A stretch of DNA of 64,000 nt from a bacterium (GTDB lineage Bacteria; Verrucomicrobiota; Verrucomicrobiia; Methylacidiphilales; Verrucolacustridaceae), in the NCBI GenBank assembly GCA_043805085.1, contig JAZDII010000086.1, positions 2,807 to 66,806 on the forward strand, in the 5' to 3' direction. The position numbers and the translations under genes are program-made. Every line of letters begins with the position of its first letter. Within the stretch, counting starts at the first letter, position 1. Shown piece by piece: positions 18,772-28,236 of the stretch. Below the pieces are notes generated by a model. The model searched no databases. It was not told where the DNA came from and saw nothing but the letters and a program-made list of their open reading frames with translations.

Positions 18772-19299
18772 ATGAAATCCCTCTTCTTTTCTTCCATTTC
18801 TTGCCTTCTTCTAGGCGTTTTAATCTCCTGCTCCAACCCAACCGAACCTAAAGCCGATTCTAAAAAAACCGAAGCGCGCCAAGCCGCGCCGGATTTTGAA
18901 TTTCGAGATTTGGACGACAAACTCGTCAACAGCCAAACTTTCCACGGCAAATGGGTTGTGCTCAACGTTTGGGCAACGTGGTGCCCTCCCTGCGTGCGAG
19001 AAATCCCGGACTTCATCGCCCTGCAAAATGAACTCAAGAAAAAGAACGTCCAATTCATCGGCATCTCCGTGGACGAAGGAGGCGCGGCAGACGTCAAACC
19101 CTTCGCGCAAAAAGTGAACTTCAACTACCCCGTCCTTTTGGCCAACATGGAATCCTTGGAAAAACTTTTCGGCGCCATTGACGCCATCCCCACCACCTTC
19201 ATCATTGACCCCCAATGGCGCATCGCCAGCCGTAACACCGGCTCATTGAGCAAAGAAGAATTAAACGACGAAGTGCAGCGCGCAATGAAGGAAAAATAA
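18772..19299 (+). CDS. TlpA/ResA-family thiol-disulfide oxidoreductase lipoprotein
   Basis: The signal peptide has a lipobox-like LLGVLISCS. The thioredoxin motif WATWCPPC is present. Confidence 0.85.
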   Translation: MKSLFFSSISCLLLGVLISCSNPTEPKADSKKTEARQAAPDFEFRDLDDKLVNSQTFHGKWVVLNVWATWCPPCVREIPDFIALQNELKKKNVQFIGISVDEGGAADVKPFAQKVNFNYPVLLANMESLEKLFGAIDAIPTTFIIDPQWRIASRNTGSLSKEELNDEVQRAMKEK

Positions 19300-19302
19300 A
19301 CG

Positions 19303-19809
19303 CTACCACCCCTCTGCCACAAGCTTCACTAAATTAACCGCCAAATCATCCGCTGCGGATGGCAACGCTTGACGCTCTCCCTCTTGCAAGTTGTCTTGAA
19401 CAAAATACCGCGTCTTGCCTGTAACCTTGCGCTTGGTGAAAATCCTCTTGCCCGATTTTAAATTCGTCAACGTCGCTTCCGCTTCCAACGTCACTTCATA
19501 CTCATCCGTCACCTGAACATCCTCGCGCGACCGCCTCAAAGGCGACCTCGTCAGACGCGTGACCCTCACCTCCAACGTCGCATCCGCTTGACCTTCACGC
19601 GAAGAAGAAAACGTTCCGTCATTGTCAATGCGCCGCAAAATAGCATTCGTCACCATCACCGGCAAACCCGGCTCATAACTGTCATTCTTGACCACAGGCA
19701 CAAAAATCGTTTTGACGCCCTTCATCTCTGCGCTCGGAATATTTCCTAAACGGTAACCCGCGCAACTCATCAACACGCACATCGCTCCCAAAAAAATCCA
19801 CTTCTTCAT
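19303..19809 (-). CDS. lptE: LptE-like LPS-assembly lipoprotein
   Basis: The lipobox is LMSCAGYRLG. The 168-aa size and overall pattern (C-GY-x-L...NxSxxPG...) resemble LptE. It overlaps the upstream BamD-like gene by 4 nt. Confidence 0.5.
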   Translation of the reverse strand: MKKWIFLGAMCVLMSCAGYRLGNIPSAEMKGVKTIFVPVVKNDSYEPGLPVMVTNAILRRIDNDGTFSSSREGQADATLEVRVTRLTRSPLRRSREDVQVTDEYEVTLEAEATLTNLKSGKRIFTKRKVTGKTRYFVQDNLQEGERQALPSAADDLAVNLVKLVAEGW

Positions 19810-20834
19810 GTTAAAGGCGCTCCTTCTTTCTTCTCTTCTTTTGTTTGATCTTTCTCATCTCCTGTTTGAGTCGTTTCCTTTTGAGAATCTCCCTTTTCCA
19901 TCTGCGGCTTTAACGCCTCCACGCGCTCCTTCGCCTCGCGCCCCTGCTTGGAATCAGGATTCTGCCTCACCACCTCATTGTAATAAATATAAGCCGCCTT
20001 CAAGTTATCTTGTCTCTCATAAAATCTGGCAATATTCAACGCGCCTTGAGAAATACGCCCCTTCAACGCCGCAATATGCGCCTTTGCCTGCTCCGCCTTC
20101 TCACTATTAGGAAAGCGCGTCAAAAAATCCTGAAACGCCTGAATAGACTTCTCCGCCGCGCTCTGGTCATAATCCGGTTCGCTGGCGGCGTTAAGCCAAG
20201 CAAAACCAATCTGATACTGCGCGTCATCCACCAAATCACTGCCGGGATACTTGTCTAAGATCATATTGTAAGAAGCAATCGCATCCGTCCACTTCCTCTG
20301 CTTTTCCCGCGCAAGACCGATCTGAAAATAAGCTGGCGCGGCATAGTCCCCGTAAGGCGCGGCGCGAATCACACTCTCGAAAATTTCCACCGCCTTATTC
20401 ATCGAAGGCAGCAACGGAATCTTCCAAAGCCGCTGCGGTTCGCCCGCAAAAAAAAGATTCCCGATGGCATATTGCCTTTCCACCGCGAGATTGAAAAATT
20501 GGCTGTTCGGGTATTTTTCCACCACCTTCTTATAAGCTTGAAACGCCGGCCAAAATTCCCCCCTCTTCTCCAACATCAGCCCCATCTTAAACTGCGCCTC
20601 GCTGGCATAAGTGGACAGCGGCCATTGTCTCAACAAAACGCGATACGCTCGAAAAGCATCCTGCCACGCCTGCTTCGCTTCCAAATCCCGCGCCAAATCC
20701 AGCTGCGATTTGACATCCTTGGCGTGAGTCGCGTCGCCGCTTTCATCCGCCCAGCCCTCGCCCGGCCTCCACGTCAGAATAGCGGAAGCTGGTTGAACCA
20801 TAGCCATCAAAAGAAAAATGATGATCCAGCGCAT
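19806..20834 (-). CDS. bamD: BamD/YfiO-like TPR outer-membrane assembly protein
   Basis: A signal peptide is followed by repeated TPR-like units (AQFKMGLMLEKRGEFWPAFQAYKKVVEKYPNS; AQYQIGFAW...; FLTRFPNSEKAEQA). There is no clear lipobox Cys, so the call is tentative. Confidence 0.5.
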   Translation of the reverse strand: MRWIIIFLLMAMVQPASAILTWRPGEGWADESGDATHAKDVKSQLDLARDLEAKQAWQDAFRAYRVLLRQWPLSTYASEAQFKMGLMLEKRGEFWPAFQAYKKVVEKYPNSQFFNLAVERQYAIGNLFFAGEPQRLWKIPLLPSMNKAVEIFESVIRAAPYGDYAAPAYFQIGLAREKQRKWTDAIASYNMILDKYPGSDLVDDAQYQIGFAWLNAASEPDYDQSAAEKSIQAFQDFLTRFPNSEKAEQAKAHIAALKGRISQGALNIARFYERQDNLKAAYIYYNEVVRQNPDSKQGREAKERVEALKPQMEKGDSQKETTQTGDEKDQTKEEKKEGAPLT

Positions 20835-20873
20835 CGTTAAAACCTAGCAGTTTGACCAACAAATTGCGAGACA

Positions 20874-21743
20874 TTATCCCTTGGTGCTCGCCCCGCTCCA
20901 CCGAAGCTTCTGGCGGACAATGTTGTAGAAACTAGCCTCTGGCAAATGAGCCAAAAGGGCGGGTTCTTTTGCGGCAAAAATTTTCACTCGATCTTTCGGC
21001 TGCAACTTCAAATGCGTCACCCCATCTGACTGAAGAACCACCGGTGGGCTATTCTCTGGAACAACAAAATGCATCGGCTCGCGCGCCGCAACGATCAACG
21101 GACGATTGCTCAACGTATGCGCGCAAATAGGCGTGATAGAAAAAGCCGAAGCTTGCGGACTGATAATCGGCCCGCCAGCGGAAAGCGAATACGCCGTGCT
21201 GCCCGTCGGCGTCGCAAAAATCAACCCGTCGCAATGAAACTGCGTCAACAACTCATCCCCCACCTCCACCGTCAACCGAATCATGTGCCCATGGCTCCCG
21301 CGCGTCACAACAACATCATTCAACGCCCACCCCTCCTTCATGGTCTTCCCGCCCCTTTGCACCCTAAACTGCAGCGCCATACGCTTGCTTACAACGTAAT
21401 CGCCAGCCAACGCCCTCGGTAAAGCCACATGAATTTCATGATGAGGAATGGAAGTCAAAAAGCCCAAACTACCCAAATTAATTCCCAACAAAGGCACGCC
21501 GCTTCCTCTTGTCAACCTCGCCGCCCTCAACAATGTTCCATCTCCGCCCCCGACAATAATCATATCTTCCCCGCGCAAAGCAATAGGCTTCAGGTCAAGC
21601 GCAGTATTCACCTTAGGCATCGGAACCGACCGCGCTCTCACACTTGCGGCTTTCAAAATACTCTCCAACTCTTTGCCCATCTCTTGGGCATAGCCCTTCG
21701 TCGGATTGATCGCCACCACCACACTGCGAACTTTTGCGCGCAT
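20874..21743 (-). CDS. nadK: NAD+ kinase
   Basis: The GGDGTLLRAARL motif, the NxGxLGFL motif (INLGSLGFLT) and TPTGSTAYSLSAGGPI are all present. Confidence 0.9.
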   Translation of the reverse strand: MRAKVRSVVVAINPTKGYAQEMGKELESILKAASVRARSVPMPKVNTALDLKPIALRGEDMIIVGGGDGTLLRAARLTRGSGVPLLGINLGSLGFLTSIPHHEIHVALPRALAGDYVVSKRMALQFRVQRGGKTMKEGWALNDVVVTRGSHGHMIRLTVEVGDELLTQFHCDGLIFATPTGSTAYSLSAGGPIISPQASAFSITPICAHTLSNRPLIVAAREPMHFVVPENSPPVVLQSDGVTHLKLQPKDRVKIFAAKEPALLAHLPEASFYNIVRQKLRWSGASTKG

Positions 21744-21791
21744 AAAAATACCTATGCCATTTCTTCCACTAAATAAAAGTAAGAAACATTC

Positions 21792-22925
21792 TTAACCATA
21801 CGGATGCCCGTCAAAAACAGTCTGCACAATCATCCGCGCCGTCTTCTTCCAATCGAACGACCGGCCATGCTCCCTTGCCCGTTGGCCAAAACTTTGCCGC
21901 ATCGCCGCGTCCTCCATTAACCTTCTCACCGCGGCAGCAGCGCCCTCTAAATCCCCCTCATTCACCAACCACCCCGTCTTGCCGTGCAACACTGCCTCCC
22001 CAACCCCGCCCGTCCTAAATGCCACCGCAGGCTTGCCGTGATAAGCCGCTTCCAAATAACTCATGCCAAATCCCTCCACACTGTCCGCTAACGAACGACT
22101 CGTCATCATGAACAAATCGCAACTAGCATAGACCCTTGCCAAATTCTTATCCGCCACCGCGCCAAGCGTCTTGCACCGCACGCCATGTTGACGGCAAAAC
22201 ACCTTCACCTTCCACAAATAACCGAAACTACCCTTTCCGCCGACAACATAAACCACCTTCGCCCTCAACTGCTCCGGCAACAACGCCAAACTCCGCGCCG
22301 TCTCCAACTGCCCCTTGCGCGGATGAATCCTTGCCAGCGTCAACACACGAAACTCCTCTTTCTCCCTCGGTTTCAATTCTCCAACCTCTTGCGCGGCGGC
22401 GGAACTTGCCGCGCAGGGAGCTAAAATAATATGCCGCGCCCAAAAATGGCTCTCCAAAAGCTTGCGCGTGAATTCAGAAGCCACAAAAACCGCCTCCGCG
22501 CGCTTAAAAAAACGCTTCGCCAACCGCCGCCAAAAAGCGCTTCGATGAAATTTTAAAATTTCCGAACTGTGCAATAAACTGAAAAGCTTGCACCCCCTCA
22601 ACCCTCCCATCGCCATCAAAAGCATCACCGCCCGATGCGCCGCCACACTGCCAGCGATCAAACTCGCGCCGCGCAACTGCTTTCTTTTCAAAAATAAAGC
22701 CAAAACCATGAGGCATAAATTCAATAGACTCAATCTCCTGCCGCAAAAAATCATCCGCTCATTGCTCAACGGAATAACACGTCTCCGCGCTCTCTTGCTC
22801 CGCCAAGGAACCCAAACCTCTAACGGCAAAGATTGCTCGCCGGCCGCCTTGGCCGTCTCGTAACAATAAGTCGCTATCCCACCCCGAAAAGGGGGATATT
22901 CATGCGTTAATAAAATTACCTTCAT
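21792..22925 (-). CDS. Glycosyltransferase family 4 (GT-B, retaining type)
   Basis: The N-terminus reads MKVILLTHEYPPFRGGIATY. The C-terminal EGFGMSYLEAAYHGKPAVA motif is typical of the E-x7-E glycosyltransferases. Confidence 0.8.
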   Translation of the reverse strand: MKVILLTHEYPPFRGGIATYCYETAKAAGEQSLPLEVWVPWRSKRARRRVIPLSNERMIFCGRRLSLLNLCLMVLALFLKRKQLRGASLIAGSVAAHRAVMLLMAMGGLRGCKLFSLLHSSEILKFHRSAFWRRLAKRFFKRAEAVFVASEFTRKLLESHFWARHIILAPCAASSAAAQEVGELKPREKEEFRVLTLARIHPRKGQLETARSLALLPEQLRAKVVYVVGGKGSFGYLWKVKVFCRQHGVRCKTLGAVADKNLARVYASCDLFMMTSRSLADSVEGFGMSYLEAAYHGKPAVAFRTGGVGEAVLHGKTGWLVNEGDLEGAAAAVRRLMEDAAMRQSFGQRAREHGRSFDWKKTARMIVQTVFDGHPYG

Positions 22926-22986
22926 AAAAGTTTCTTGTGAAATCTTCCGTTTCCCTTAATCATAGGGAGCTTTACAGGAATTTTTC

Positions 22987-23880
22987 ATGGGCCGCAACTT
23001 AAGTGAAGCAGAATTAGAGCAAATCCGAAACTCCTTTCGTCGTTGTAATCACGAAACGATAGAAGCCATCGTTAAGCTACGTCAAACAGGTGATTCCTCT
23101 CTTATCCCTACCATCGTCTATGGCATCATTGAACGCTACGCGCCCGCAGGCTCTTCCAAAAAAATTTCCGAACTCCCCCCCAATACCCGCCTCATCGAAG
23201 ACCTCGCCATTGATTCCTTAACCATGCTGGAAGTCGTCCTTTCCATTGAAGAAGCTTTGCAGATACGCATCGAAAACGAAGAACTCCCTAAAATTCGCAC
23301 ACTGGAAGAAGTTAAAACATTCATCACCGAAAAAAACGCAGGCGTAAAATCAACTCCATCCACTCCAACAACCATGAAACTTGATCGCAGCGCCATCCTA
23401 GCCGTTCTTCCCCAGCAACCTCCCTTCCTCTTCCTCAACGCGGCGGAAATAGAAGGCGAAACCATTCGCGCGCGCTATAAAATCACCGGCGAAGAATACT
23501 TCCTGCAAGGTCACTTCAAAGGCAACCCCGTCTTCCCCGCTTCACTTGTCTTCGAAGCCATGGGCCAAGCCGCCTGCCTTTGGCTCTTGGGCCGTCCTGA
23601 ATCTCAATCCCTCGATTCCAAAAACGTTCTCTTCGGCTCCATGGAATCCGCCCACTTTTACCGCAAAGCCAAGCCGGGCGAAACCATCGAACTAGAAATC
23701 TCCCTTAGCAAACTCCGCAAACCTTTAGCCATCTTTAATGGCAAAGCATCCGTCAACGGCGAAAAACTTTCCTCCATCGAAGAACTCGTCATCGTTTTCG
23801 GCGAAGCCACGGAAGGCATTGTTCAACACGAAGCAACTCCTCCTGCTGCTTCCAAGCCTTCCGCCAAAACCCGTTCCTAA
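22987..23880 (+). CDS. Acyl carrier protein fused to a FabZ/FabA-like hotdog dehydratase
   Basis: The N-terminal half has the phosphopantetheine-attachment motif LAIDSLTMLEVV. The C-terminal half reads LPQQPPFLFLN...LQGHFKGNPVFPASLVFEAMGQA, which carries the catalytic His and Glu context of FabZ. Confidence 0.75.
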   Translation: MGRNLSEAELEQIRNSFRRCNHETIEAIVKLRQTGDSSLIPTIVYGIIERYAPAGSSKKISELPPNTRLIEDLAIDSLTMLEVVLSIEEALQIRIENEELPKIRTLEEVKTFITEKNAGVKSTPSTPTTMKLDRSAILAVLPQQPPFLFLNAAEIEGETIRARYKITGEEYFLQGHFKGNPVFPASLVFEAMGQAACLWLLGRPESQSLDSKNVLFGSMESAHFYRKAKPGETIELEISLSKLRKPLAIFNGKASVNGEKLSSIEELVIVFGEATEGIVQHEATPPAASKPSAKTRS

Positions 23881-23896
23881 AAACTACAGCAACTTC

Positions 23897-25159
23897 ATGA
23901 GACGCGCCGTTGTCACAGGCTTGGGATTCATCACAAGCATCGGAAACGACCTTCCGACCGTTTTAACCAACCTCAAAGAAGGACGTTCCGGCGTCGAACT
24001 TTTTCATGAATTCGACGAAGAGAACATCCCCGTCAAACTAGCCGGAACGATTAAAGATTTTTCCTTCCCCACTCCTCATTTTGAAGATTGGACATTTCCG
24101 GAAAAATACACTCTCACGCGAGAACAACGCCGCCCCATGACGCCCAACTCGCTCTATGCTTTTTGCGCCATGCAACAAGCCATCGAAGACGCCAAACTCT
24201 CTTCCAAACAAGTTTCCCACAATCCTCGAACCGGCCTCATGTGCGCTTCCGGCGGCTCGATGTGGATGGCCTACGAAACCCTCCACACCATGCTCAACCA
24301 CGGCCTCCAGCGCGTGCCGCCCATGTCAGTCATCAACAGCATCCCCGGCTCTCTTTATATCAACCTCGGCTCGACATTTAAAATCCAAGGCGGCGCGCTC
24401 GGCTTCTCCAGCGCATGCTCCTCCTCCTCTCACGCTCTAGGAACGGCGCGGGACTTAATCGCCCTCGACCGCCAAGACCGCGTTTTCGTCGTCGGCGCGG
24501 AAGATTGCAACAAGTACACGCTCCTCCCCTTTACCTCCATCCGCGCCTTGAGTTCTCAAAAAGACCCGCGCAAAGCGCCTCGCGCCTTTGACAAAAAACG
24601 CGATGGCTTCGTTGGAACCGGCGGCGCATGCGTTCTTGTTGTGGAAGAATTAAAAACAGCTCAAGCGCGCAACGCTCCTATTTACGCGGAAATCCTAGGT
24701 TGGGGACAATCCTCCGACGGCTACAACATCCTCGCTCCCGAACCCACTGGTGACGGCCTTGCCCGCAGCATGCAAACAGCCCTCAAAGAAGCCTCCATCC
24801 TTCCTGAACAAGTGGATTACATCAACGCCCACGCCACATCCACCGTCGTCGGCGATATCGCGGAAATCAAAGCCATCAAAACAGCTTTCCCCAACGGCAA
24901 ACGCCCCCTTGTCAGCAGCACAAAAAGCATCACAGGCCACGGCCTTTCTCTCGCAGGCGCGATGGAAGCCGCCTTTTGCTGCTTATCTATTAAAGAAAAA
25001 TTCGTTCCTATCTCCGCCAACATCACGGAACTCGACCCCGAATGCCACGGCGTCCCCATCATCACCCAACCCACAAAAGCCGAACCTAAAATCGTCATCT
25101 CCAACTCAAGCGGCTTCGGCGGCTCGAACGTCTCGGTCATTCTTGGGCCAACCCCCTGA
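23897..25159 (+). CDS. Beta-ketoacyl-ACP synthase (KAS I/II, FabB/FabF-like)
   Basis: The sequence shows MRRAVVTGLGFITSIGN, the active-site Cys in FSSACSSSSHALG, and the catalytic His residues in NAHATST and SITGHGL. The ORF-track start at 23738 is an upstream extension that overlaps the previous gene. Confidence 0.9.
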   Translation: MRRAVVTGLGFITSIGNDLPTVLTNLKEGRSGVELFHEFDEENIPVKLAGTIKDFSFPTPHFEDWTFPEKYTLTREQRRPMTPNSLYAFCAMQQAIEDAKLSSKQVSHNPRTGLMCASGGSMWMAYETLHTMLNHGLQRVPPMSVINSIPGSLYINLGSTFKIQGGALGFSSACSSSSHALGTARDLIALDRQDRVFVVGAEDCNKYTLLPFTSIRALSSQKDPRKAPRAFDKKRDGFVGTGGACVLVVEELKTAQARNAPIYAEILGWGQSSDGYNILAPEPTGDGLARSMQTALKEASILPEQVDYINAHATSTVVGDIAEIKAIKTAFPNGKRPLVSSTKSITGHGLSLAGAMEAAFCCLSIKEKFVPISANITELDPECHGVPIITQPTKAEPKIVISNSSGFGGSNVSVILGPTP

Positions 25160-25164
25160 ACAGC

Positions 25165-25974
25165 ATGCCCAACGTCTTCCTCACGGGCGCCAGCGCGGGC
25201 ATCGGTCTTACCACAGCAAAACGACTAACCGGCGAGGGCTTCCAAGTTTGGGGAACCTCGCGCGACATCTCCCGCCTGCCAAATCTCAAAAACTTTCACC
25301 CGCTTCAACTTAACCTCAACGATTCTCAATCCATCGAAACCGCTTTCCGCCGCGCCCTCGCTGAAGCAGGCGCTCTGGACATCCTCATCAACAACGCTGG
25401 CTGCGGCTATTTTGCCCCGCTCGAACATCTCTCTCCTGAAATTTGGCAAGAACAACTCCAAACACTCCTCCTCGGCCCGCTCCAACTCATCCGACTTGCG
25501 CTGCCCGTAATGAAACAAAAAAAAGGACTGATCATTAACGTCGCCTCCCTAGCCGCGCGCTTTCCCCTTCCGTTCATGTCGCCTTACAACGCGTCAAAAG
25601 CCGCGCTCCATTCCCTCACGCAAACGTTGCGACTGGAACTCGGTCCGCGCTCTCCCGTTCAAGTCGTTGAGCTTCAGCCGGGCGACATTCGCACTCCCTT
25701 CCACGATTCCATGCGCTGCCAATCTCAAACGGAAGACTACGCGTCGGCCATGAAAAACGCCCATGCCGTGATGACGCGTAACATCCAAGCAGCCCCGCCG
25801 CCGGAAAAAGTCGCTGAAATCATCCTGCGCATCATCCGCGCTCCCTCTCCAAAACCCCTCTACAAAGCCGGTGATTTTTTCCAAACGGCGCTCGCCCCTC
25901 TCGGCTCTAGACTTTTTCCCGCCGCGCTTTTAGAACGCGCTTTGAGATTGTTCTATCGCTTGGATGAAAAATAA
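25165..25974 (+). CDS. Short-chain dehydrogenase/reductase (SDR)
   Basis: TGASAGIG is the cofactor-binding motif, NNAG is present, and YNASKAAL is the catalytic Yxxx(K) motif. Confidence 0.85.
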   Translation: MPNVFLTGASAGIGLTTAKRLTGEGFQVWGTSRDISRLPNLKNFHPLQLNLNDSQSIETAFRRALAEAGALDILINNAGCGYFAPLEHLSPEIWQEQLQTLLLGPLQLIRLALPVMKQKKGLIINVASLAARFPLPFMSPYNASKAALHSLTQTLRLELGPRSPVQVVELQPGDIRTPFHDSMRCQSQTEDYASAMKNAHAVMTRNIQAAPPPEKVAEIILRIIRAPSPKPLYKAGDFFQTALAPLGSRLFPAALLERALRLFYRLDEK

Positions 25975-25985
25975 CGCCGCGCCCG

Positions 25986-27215
25986 TCACATCTTAAACGT
26001 CTCTTTAATCACCTCAAACGCCGCGTCCGCTTTTTGAAGCGTCTCTTGGACATCCTTGGGCTGATGCGCCGCGCACAGAAACCAATTATGATGCGGATGG
26101 AAAAAGATGCCGCGCTTCACGCATTCCGCGGCAAAACGCTGCGAGCGGTAAAAATTCGTCTCCTCCGCAAAAGTAAGAAACGGCAGAGACGGCGGCCCTG
26201 AACAACGCACAGGAATACCGTGTTTATCCGCCAGCTCATGCAATCCGCCCATCAAAAGTTCCCCCATGCGCTGCATGTGCGCGATGCTTTTTTCCCGCTC
26301 CAACACTTGCAAACAAGCCAGCGCGACGGCCATAGGCACAGCGTTATTCCAAAAACTTCCCGTCAAAAAAACCCGCGACGCCGCGATCTCCAGTTCCTTC
26401 CTCCCCAACGCCGCGGAAATGGGATAACCGTTGCCAAGCGCTTTGGAAAAGCAAATCACATCCGGTTCAAATCCAAAAAACCGATGCGATCCGCCCAGAT
26501 GCAAACGAAACCCCGCGCGCACATCGTCGAGAATGAAAACAATCCCCTCCCGCCGACATGTGATTTCGATTTCCTTAAAAAATCCGGAATTGGGCAAAAC
26601 GGAATCGCCAAAAGCAGGATGATGAAAAGGCGTCATCACTATCGCCGCGATTTGATTGCGGTATTTTTTTATCTGACGATGAAAATCATCCAAATCGTTC
26701 CACAGAAAATCGTGAACATGCGCCCGATCCTCTTCCATCAAACCTCCGTGGCCGATCGTGCACCATGCGTGCCAACCATGATAAGCGCCTCTGACCTTTA
26801 AAATTTTCTTCCGTTTCGTGAACTCGCGCGCCACTTGCGTCGCCCACGTCGTCATATCCGACCCATTCTTGCCGAACACCGCCCAATCCGCAAAATCCAC
26901 CAACTCCACCAACCGCTCCGCCAATTCCACCATCAAATACGTGGGATGATTGAAACAATCGCCGTCCCGCCGTTGGCGTTGCGCCGCTGCTTCCACTTCC
27001 GGATGTTTATAACCCAAAACAATCGGCCCGTAAGCGCACATGTAATCAATATATTCCCGTCCATCCACATCCACATAACGACACCCCTCCGCCTTGCTGG
27101 CGAAATAAGGAAACTCTCCGGCAACAGTCAAAGCTGGACTGCTGTGCCCGTAGATGCCGGCGGGAATCACCCGCGCCGCCCGCTCAAAAAGCTTCATGGA
27201 TTCTGGGAACATCAT
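25986..27215 (-). CDS. Class-III (glutamate-1-semialdehyde aminomutase-like) PLP aminotransferase
   Basis: The sequence shows GHSSP...AEGCRYVDVDGREYIDY...GP..LGY, FILDDVRAGFR, and the PLP lysine in CFSKALGNGYPISA. Confidence 0.8.
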   Translation of the reverse strand: MMFPESMKLFERAARVIPAGIYGHSSPALTVAGEFPYFASKAEGCRYVDVDGREYIDYMCAYGPIVLGYKHPEVEAAAQRQRRDGDCFNHPTYLMVELAERLVELVDFADWAVFGKNGSDMTTWATQVAREFTKRKKILKVRGAYHGWHAWCTIGHGGLMEEDRAHVHDFLWNDLDDFHRQIKKYRNQIAAIVMTPFHHPAFGDSVLPNSGFFKEIEITCRREGIVFILDDVRAGFRLHLGGSHRFFGFEPDVICFSKALGNGYPISAALGRKELEIAASRVFLTGSFWNNAVPMAVALACLQVLEREKSIAHMQRMGELLMGGLHELADKHGIPVRCSGPPSLPFLTFAEETNFYRSQRFAAECVKRGIFFHPHHNWFLCAAHQPKDVQETLQKADAAFEVIKETFKM

Positions 27216-27226
27216 CGCAATAACCC

Positions 27227-28030
27227 TTAAAGATACTCGCCCACACGCTCCATCACAAGACCGATGCTATCCGCCAACGGCGCAAAACCTTCGATGCGCA
27301 AGAGGCCCTTTCCAATCGCCGCCTGTGTATCAAGCTTTTGACTGGCCAAAGCGCAAACAATTTCCGGCTTGCTAAAAATGACCCTCACATCCGGCAACGC
27401 CGAAGGCGTCTGACCAAAACCCTCCAAAAGTTGTCCCTTTAAAGAACGCACCCACACCACGCCTTCCTGCCCCTCAATCCCAAACACCGCCAATCCCTCC
27501 GGAAAATGATCAAGAGCCGCTTGCGCAATAGGATCAAGCCCGCTCACAATCACCGTGCTGCGGATAAGCGCGTGAAGGGTCATTTGCGCGTGACGCCGCA
27601 AAAACGCGCGATCTTCCAAAGCGGCGGCCTCCGGCTTTAAATAATGCGTCAACAACGCCGCTAATTTACCGATTTTCTTTAATTTAAAGAGATGTAAAAG
27701 GTTTCCCGTAAATAAAGGCGGAAAGAAAATCTTCCCCTCAAAAAACCGGTTGAACTGGTTGTAAGTGGCATACCTGACGTTCAACTTCATCCCAAACGGC
27801 CTCTTTTTAGGACCGACACTGCGCCGAATCATACCATCATCAAAAACCAACGTCGTGGACGGCCCGCCGATCACTCCGATTTTTAAAGCAAAGTGCCATC
27901 CCCTCGTCAAATCCCGCGCCTCTTGCGAATAGGAAGCCAAATCTTCCATCCCCGTAAGAATCGCGCGCAAATATAAGTGCGCCCGAATTTTTGCATGCAA
28001 CCGATTTTTCACGCCGCTTTTAACCTGCAT
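27227..28030 (-). CDS. SCP2 sterol/lipid-carrier-like domain protein
   Basis: The C-terminal QKLDTQAAIGKGLLRIEGFAPLADSIGLVM resembles the ...G-K-l-k-I-x-G-d... end of SCP2 domains. The annotated ATG lies inside a perfect 12-bp palindrome, so an internal start (MEDLASY) is possible. Confidence 0.45.
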   Translation of the reverse strand: MQVKSGVKNRLHAKIRAHLYLRAILTGMEDLASYSQEARDLTRGWHFALKIGVIGGPSTTLVFDDGMIRRSVGPKKRPFGMKLNVRYATYNQFNRFFEGKIFFPPLFTGNLLHLFKLKKIGKLAALLTHYLKPEAAALEDRAFLRRHAQMTLHALIRSTVIVSGLDPIAQAALDHFPEGLAVFGIEGQEGVVWVRSLKGQLLEGFGQTPSALPDVRVIFSKPEIVCALASQKLDTQAAIGKGLLRIEGFAPLADSIGLVMERVGEYL

Positions 28031-28236
28031 ATCTCACAATCTTTTGTGAGATATGCACCCTGAAGGACAGCTTTTTCTTTAGGAAAGAGCTGGGTTAACC
28101 CCGCTCCTTCCTTCGAGTAGCTACATCTCATATACTGTTTTTATTCTCTACCATAATTTTGACTCTATTTTTCCTTCTCTTCAGAAGGAGCGGTTCGGCT
28201 CCCGCCGAATGAATTTCTCACAAATTCGTGAGAAAT

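Noticed and set aside
28184-28205. The segment ggagcggttcggctcc looks like a tRNA T-arm.
   Set aside because: The loop is 6 nt rather than 7. No acceptor, D or anticodon arms can be drawn in the A/T-rich flanks, so it is not a tRNA.
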